Of a DNA stretch of 64,000 bases, positions 59,107 through 64,000 are shown in pieces. The DNA is from TPA_inf: Saccharomyces (taxonomy: Eukaryota), in the NCBI GenBank assembly GCA_000146045.2, contig BK006940.2, positions 64,001 to 128,000 on the forward strand, given 5' to 3'. The position numbers and the translations under genes were made by a program. Within the stretch, counting starts at the first letter, position 1. Every line of letters starts with the position of its first letter. The notes below the pieces were generated by a model. The model searched no databases. It saw only the letters and a program-made list of their open reading frames with translations, and was not told the DNA's origin.

Positions 59107-59478
59107 TCTATGAAACCAACCTCTGCTATAACCCGTCAAATAACTAATAATATCTATATAGGTCAACTAGCTAGTGCAATATCATAGTAACAATAATATT
59201 AATAACGTCACTTTTTTTCCAGGGTAACCCAATTGTGGTGGGTGGCGGCCGAGGTATCCCTTAGAAAAGAATTTTTTAAGTTCTTTCTCATCTCTTACCA
59301 GTGGAGAAGTACACGATATTTGCAAAGTCTGTCATCAGGGCTTGATAATAAAGCTGCATTAGATCTTAGCAAAAACTACGAGAAGAACATTGAATATTGT
59401 AGCTGTATTTGCATACATAAACTTTATCATTGTTCGTTAGCTAGCTTTGCACATTAATTTTTCGATTTGTTACCGCCA

Positions 59479-62400
59479 ATGACCGCTAACAATGACGATG
59501 ATATCAAATCACCCATTCCCATTACTAACAAGACCTTATCCCAATTGAAGCGCTTTGAGAGAAGTCCAGGAAGGCCCAGTTCTTCTCAGGGCGAGATAAA
59601 ACGTAAAAAGTCTAGGCTATATGCCGCAGACGGAAGACCACATTCTCCGCTAAGAGCAAGGTCTGCTACCCCAACGCTACAGGACCAAAAACTGTTCAAT
59701 GGCATGGATTCCACTTCCCTTTTGAATGAAAGGCTACAGCATTATACGCTGGATTATGTTAGTGACAGGGCCCAGCATATGAAGAATATATATGACCCAT
59801 CATCTCGCTGGTTCAGCAGATCCGTGAGGCCTGAATTTCCTATTGAAGAGTTCTTACCATATAAGACTGAAAGTCATGAAGATCAAGCGAAATACTTGTG
59901 CCATGTCTTAGTTAATCTTTATATTGCGATCAGCTCATTAGATATACAAGGTTTGATTTCTATTTCCAGTAAAGATCTGGCTGATTTAAAGAAAGAAGTG
60001 GATGATTTAGCTCTTAAAACCGATCTTTTCAGGTTATCTAACAACACAGCGGAGAATGACTTACTTGGTAACGATATTGCTGATTATGACGATGCGGAAG
60101 GCCTGGAGGACGAATTGGATGAATACTTCGACTTAGCAGGCCCCGACTTTAATGCTACCGGAAAAATCACAGCTAAATCAGCTACTATTGTGAATGTAAA
60201 CCATTGGACTAATGAGCTCAAAAATTGTCTACATTTTGATTTTCCAGTAGCTTTAAGAAAGTCGCTAGCGACAGTTTATTATTATTTGTCTCTTGTTCAG
60301 GGCCAAAAGGTGTATAGACAAATGCATGTCGATATGTTCGAAAGATTAGTAAGCCTTGACGATGATAGGACAAATTTCACTGAACTGTTGCAAAAACAAG
60401 GTCTTTTGCTAGATCATCAAATCATGCTCAATTTCCTGTGCGAATTTCTACCTTATCCAGATCCCGACTATGCTCGTTATGAATTATCATCAAAGGAAGA
60501 TTTACAGTTATTTAGATTACTTTTGAAGCATGCACATAATGCAAAACCATTTTTCGATAAGTCAAAGGAAAGTTTGTTAGTTGATACGATGAATTTTCTG
60601 TTGTCTAGTCTTGCACCATCTACTATGATGGCTGTCATGCCTATCGTTACATCCGTTGTGCCCTATCATTATCATATCCATTCTAAGATCATCGATTATT
60701 TCCCGTTTTGCTATAGCATCTGGAGCTCAGTCAGCGCAAACGTGGCCATCGACACTCACATGTATGATTTTGTTGGGTCAATTTCCAAAGACGTTCATAA
60801 TAAGATTTTGAGTAGCGAGCATGAAAAGGATGTAGTTGGAGTGGAGTTTGGAGAATTCGGGATTTTTACTGATGATCAAATGACTTTTATGTTCAATAGG
60901 TTACAAGGCCATCTTAGAACAGACGGTCAAATACATTCGTATTCCCGCACAGTGAAGCCTTTTGTTTATGCTATAAACGGATCAAAAAAAGATAGGTTTT
61001 TTGAAAAACTTGTAAGTTTAGCCAAAGCAATCGAAACATTTATCCATCCCTCTAATAATGGGTTTTGGACCAAGCCAAATGCTAAATTCGTTCATGCATT
61101 TATAAAGTCTTACCACGGAAGGGTCAAATATGAAGAAGATATTTGTGCTAGGGGCGTCACAAATGGGATATGTTTAACTTCTTTTTGTCACGAAGAGATA
61201 GTTGAAATATTCTTAAATATTATCAGTCTGGGTTCACAGAATAAAAATCCTGATATTGCGAACTATTACATCTCTTGTTTCGCATATCTGTTAGAGCTGG
61301 ATCCTTCAAATGCATATTTAATTTATGACAAAATACTGATAGATTTGTACGATACGCTGGCTGACCAATTTATCAATTCGAGACACAGAATCATTTCCTC
61401 TTTGAAACAATTTACAAGAGTAATTCGGTTTATTGTGATGGATAAGCTATATCGCGTGCACATAACAAACGTCCTTTCGATGCTGGTCTCCAAACTTGAT
61501 ATGAACGATACTAATTTGACAAGCAACCTCATCAACGGTATTGTATCTATAGCCGCTTTCATTCCTATCCAAGACCTCACTGGGGAGGACGATTATATAT
61601 CGTTTGAATCGGATACTCTTCCTTTAGTTCAACAACATTTTTATCATATTAAGTGTGGCGAAAGTTCAAAGACCTTCCGAGTTGATGATGAACTGTTAAA
61701 TAACGCTTTCAAAGCTTCCACTACAGTTTTTCAAAGTATGCTAAAAGTATACGTAGAAAAAATTTTCCAATTGGTTGATGTAGACTTAGAGGACTCTTTG
61801 GTTACTAAAATAAACCAAACAACTATGATTTTACAAGAGTCTATGGACGATAAAATATTTAATTATTTTGCTTCTTTATTACAGAGAAACTTCTGGAGTA
61901 ATGACTCCTTCAAGGAAAAGGATCCAAACTATGAATTAGTTACTATCCCACTAGCGGCTTTAGTAAGAAGGAATAATGGTTTGAGTAAAGAGTTGGTCAG
62001 AACTCTTTTATTCCATATCAAAGAACAAATCAAAAGAGGCGCCGGGTCTGTAAGAAGTACTTCAGAGATTCAACAGAGGGATGTTAAGTTAGTTTTATAC
62101 TTAACTGCACTAAATGATGTCTTAAGGCAATGTCATGAATCTCTATTGGAGTATAGCGATGAGTTGATAACATTCATGAAATATTTATACGACAACGTCA
62201 CTAACCCGCCATTGGATGTTATCACATCTATTGTTATTCACAGTGCTTTAGCAACTCTATGTACAACCGAAATAACTGATTGTCGTCTATTCCCAGAGGA
62301 CTCTAAGATTCCGGAAAAAGACAGATGGGGAGGACTACAGTTCGATCCTCGAAGATTTGATAAACAGCATTTGAGTTTTCAGTGGCACGTACCTTCTAGT

Positions 62401-64000
62401 GACGAGATAACTTTATCCATAAGCATTCTAGAAAGCCTTTCCGAATACTGTATTAACAACGTAGAAGAACTGATGAAAGCTCCAAGACATGATTCCGAAT
62501 ATGGCGATATGATACAAAAATATGTTTTAGTTATGACACATACGCTTTCCGGGTCAAGTTTACTTTTTGATCCAGATTTTAACAAATATAGGACGCAATC
62601 AAACTTATCATACAGAGAGAAACTGATTTTATTAAAGAATATACGCGAAAATAATTGTGACCCTCAAGAACTGGATATTGATATTGAACAAATTCGTTCT
62701 GGCAAGGATGATGAAGACTATATTGAGAGTAAGGACATTGAAGCAGGGCTGAATGCAGGAGTTTCCGATGTTGTGCAGTTAAGAGATGAGTTTCCGGATG
62801 AATTAATTGTTGATGAAGAAGTAGTGTCTGAGATGCCATCTGGTGTAAATACCCCTATCGCGGGGACGCATGGCACGGACAATTCAGCTATGAGTTCGGA
62901 TCTAGCTTTCAGGGATTTAGATATTTACACCTGTAATTATTACTTCGGAAATACCACTGAGGAGAAGTTACAAAACCCACAATATTTACAAGTCCACAGA
63001 GTTAGAGCGCGCATTGGACATTTCTTTCACAAACTCTATGTTTTTTTATCTACAAACTTCGAAAACAACACCAACATGTTCCAAATTCTATTGCACGGAT
63101 TGAAAGTTTGGTTCACAGATCTGGGACAAGAAACGGTCTTCAATGAAGACCCAAATGCCTTCATTGACGTTGATTTCCTAGAAAACGTTCAATCTCTCTC
63201 ACACGTAAATGAGCCCTTCACGAGAACCAATTTTGCAATCAGAGCAAACAGTTTGCACCAGAGTAGAGTTCTATTACATTCAACAAATAGAAAAGCTTCC
63301 AAGCTGGAAAACCTATTGTTAGTTGACATCATACAGTTAGCGACATCCCTTTATCCTGATATTTATAAACCAGCACAGGGAACTTTGGTACACTGTATGA
63401 AACAATTAGTTGGGTCATATGGCGTAGTCATCAATAAAATTATTCCATCATTAGAGAAAGCGATTAAGGATCATGATTATATGAAAATCCAAGTTATTTT
63501 AAATGTTTTGTTAATTAAGAAAATCCATAGGAAGCTTATGACGGATTATAAAGACATCGGCAGATTGATATTTCTGCTTATTGAATGTTGTCGTGTGAAT
63601 GAATTAGAGATTGGTATGTATGCAGATAAAATCTTAACTGACATAGTGATTGGGATCAAGATTCCTTCTAGTGTATGTGTCATTTCCGATCAAGCTTTCT
63701 TACCTTTAGCACCTCCTGATGGTACTATTAATTTGCAAGTTGAAGCGGTAAAGCTTGCCAAAAAGAAAAAGCGTGAGTACTACCTCTCTCTGTTAGTGGA
63801 TTTGCAGGACAAACTTTTAGACAAATTAGATAATGAAAAAGATATGGGGTGGAAGATAAGAATGTTCATTTTACGTTTTGTTACACAAATCCAATCGAAC
63901 CTCGAAAGCAAACCCGATAAAAGAGCAGTATTTTCAATAATCTCCCAAATCTCCACAAAACATCCCGAAATCATACATTTGGTTGTAAAGTCATTGTTGT
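59479..64000 (+). CDS. BLM10: Proteasome activator (PA200 homologue), 5' partial; the ORF runs off the window end
   Basis: Open frame from ATG 59479 (MTANNDDDIKSPIPITNKTLSQLKRF...) to the window end with no stop. It is absent from the ORF track only because it is unterminated. Confidence 0.85.
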   Translation, partial: MTANNDDDIKSPIPITNKTLSQLKRFERSPGRPSSSQGEIKRKKSRLYAADGRPHSPLRARSATPTLQDQKLFNGMDSTSLLNERLQHYTLDYVSDRAQHMKNIYDPSSRWFSRSVRPEFPIEEFLPYKTESHEDQAKYLCHVLVNLYIAISSLDIQGLISISSKDLADLKKEVDDLALKTDLFRLSNNTAENDLLGNDIADYDDAEGLEDELDEYFDLAGPDFNATGKITAKSATIVNVNHWTNELKNCLHFDFPVALRKSLATVYYYLSLVQGQKVYRQMHVDMFERLVSLDDDRTNFTELLQKQGLLLDHQIMLNFLCEFLPYPDPDYARYELSSKEDLQLFRLLLKHAHNAKPFFDKSKESLLVDTMNFLLSSLAPSTMMAVMPIVTSVVPYHYHIHSKIIDYFPFCYSIWSSVSANVAIDTHMYDFVGSISKDVHNKILSSEHEKDVVGVEFGEFGIFTDDQMTFMFNRLQGHLRTDGQIHSYSRTVKPFVYAINGSKKDRFFEKLVSLAKAIETFIHPSNNGFWTKPNAKFVHAFIKSYHGRVKYEEDICARGVTNGICLTSFCHEEIVEIFLNIISLGSQNKNPDIANYYISCFAYLLELDPSNAYLIYDKILIDLYDTLADQFINSRHRIISSLKQFTRVIRFIVMDKLYRVHITNVLSMLVSKLDMNDTNLTSNLINGIVSIAAFIPIQDLTGEDDYISFESDTLPLVQQHFYHIKCGESSKTFRVDDELLNNAFKASTTVFQSMLKVYVEKIFQLVDVDLEDSLVTKINQTTMILQESMDDKIFNYFASLLQRNFWSNDSFKEKDPNYELVTIPLAALVRRNNGLSKELVRTLLFHIKEQIKRGAGSVRSTSEIQQRDVKLVLYLTALNDVLRQCHESLLEYSDELITFMKYLYDNVTNPPLDVITSIVIHSALATLCTTEITDCRLFPEDSKIPEKDRWGGLQFDPRRFDKQHLSFQWHVPSSDEITLSISILESLSEYCINNVEELMKAPRHDSEYGDMIQKYVLVMTHTLSGSSLLFDPDFNKYRTQSNLSYREKLILLKNIRENNCDPQELDIDIEQIRSGKDDEDYIESKDIEAGLNAGVSDVVQLRDEFPDELIVDEEVVSEMPSGVNTPIAGTHGTDNSAMSSDLAFRDLDIYTCNYYFGNTTEEKLQNPQYLQVHRVRARIGHFFHKLYVFLSTNFENNTNMFQILLHGLKVWFTDLGQETVFNEDPNAFIDVDFLENVQSLSHVNEPFTRTNFAIRANSLHQSRVLLHSTNRKASKLENLLLVDIIQLATSLYPDIYKPAQGTLVHCMKQLVGSYGVVINKIIPSLEKAIKDHDYMKIQVILNVLLIKKIHRKLMTDYKDIGRLIFLLIECCRVNELEIGMYADKILTDIVIGIKIPSSVCVISDQAFLPLAPPDGTINLQVEAVKLAKKKKREYYLSLLVDLQDKLLDKLDNEKDMGWKIRMFILRFVTQIQSNLESKPDKRAVFSIISQISTKHPEIIHLVVKSLL

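Noticed and set aside
1-64000. Possibility of a novel or undescribed multi-gene system (defence island, CRISPR, operon)
   Set aside because: The window is standard S. cerevisiae chromosome VI. Every ORF over 300 bp that is not antisense to a bigger gene matches a known yeast protein. Genes are monocistronic with yeast promoters, introns with GTAYGT/TACTAAC signals, and a Pol III tRNA with Ty LTR debris. No CRISPR repeats, prokaryotic operon structure or foreign-looking composition is present.
63700-64000. Possible ARS604 near the window end
   Set aside because: This region is inside the BLM10 coding sequence and I could not find a convincing ACS there; my memory of the origin coordinate is too imprecise to place it.

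Overview
This window is canonical Saccharomyces cerevisiae nuclear DNA. Every large ORF matches, by my recall of the translated sequences, a known gene of the chromosome VI left arm. In order these are RPL22B, MIL1/YFL034W, RIM15, HAC1, AGX1, CAK1, CAF16, GYP8, STE2, BST1, EPL1, BUD27, FRS2, GAT1, PAU5, LPD1, SMX2, GNA1, MDJ1, HSP12, IES1, YFL012W, HXT10, AUA1/WWM1, CDC4, SMC1 and the 5' part of BLM10. Window position 1 is about chrVI 64,001 in S288C; that offset is from memory and was not verified by a search. Besides about 28 protein-coding genes, the window holds one intron-containing tRNA-Pro(UGG) gene. About 470 bp upstream of the tRNA lies a diverged solo Ty1-type delta LTR, and next to the tRNA a further, more degenerate LTR-like remnant. 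It also holds the unconventional Ire1-spliced HAC1 intron (252 nt), the spliceosomal intron of RPL22B, and several promoter elements readable directly in the sequence. These are seven STRE cores upstream of HSP12, a GATAA cluster upstream of GAT1, the alpha2-Mcm1 operator plus a pheromone response element upstream of STE2, an MSE upstream of YFL012W, an MCB upstream of SMC1 and a GCN4-type site upstream of LPD1. Coding microsatellites and minisatellites are present (poly-Asn in RIM15, polyQ in EPL1, an 8 x 30-bp repeat in BUD27). I see no evidence of a novel or undescribed system: the layout is typical eukaryotic (monocistronic genes, introns, Pol III gene with Ty LTR debris) and every substantial ORF is accounted for. 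All gene identities rest on recognition of the translated ORFs and motif reading, not on database searches; a BLAST of each ORF against the S288C proteome would confirm or refute them.
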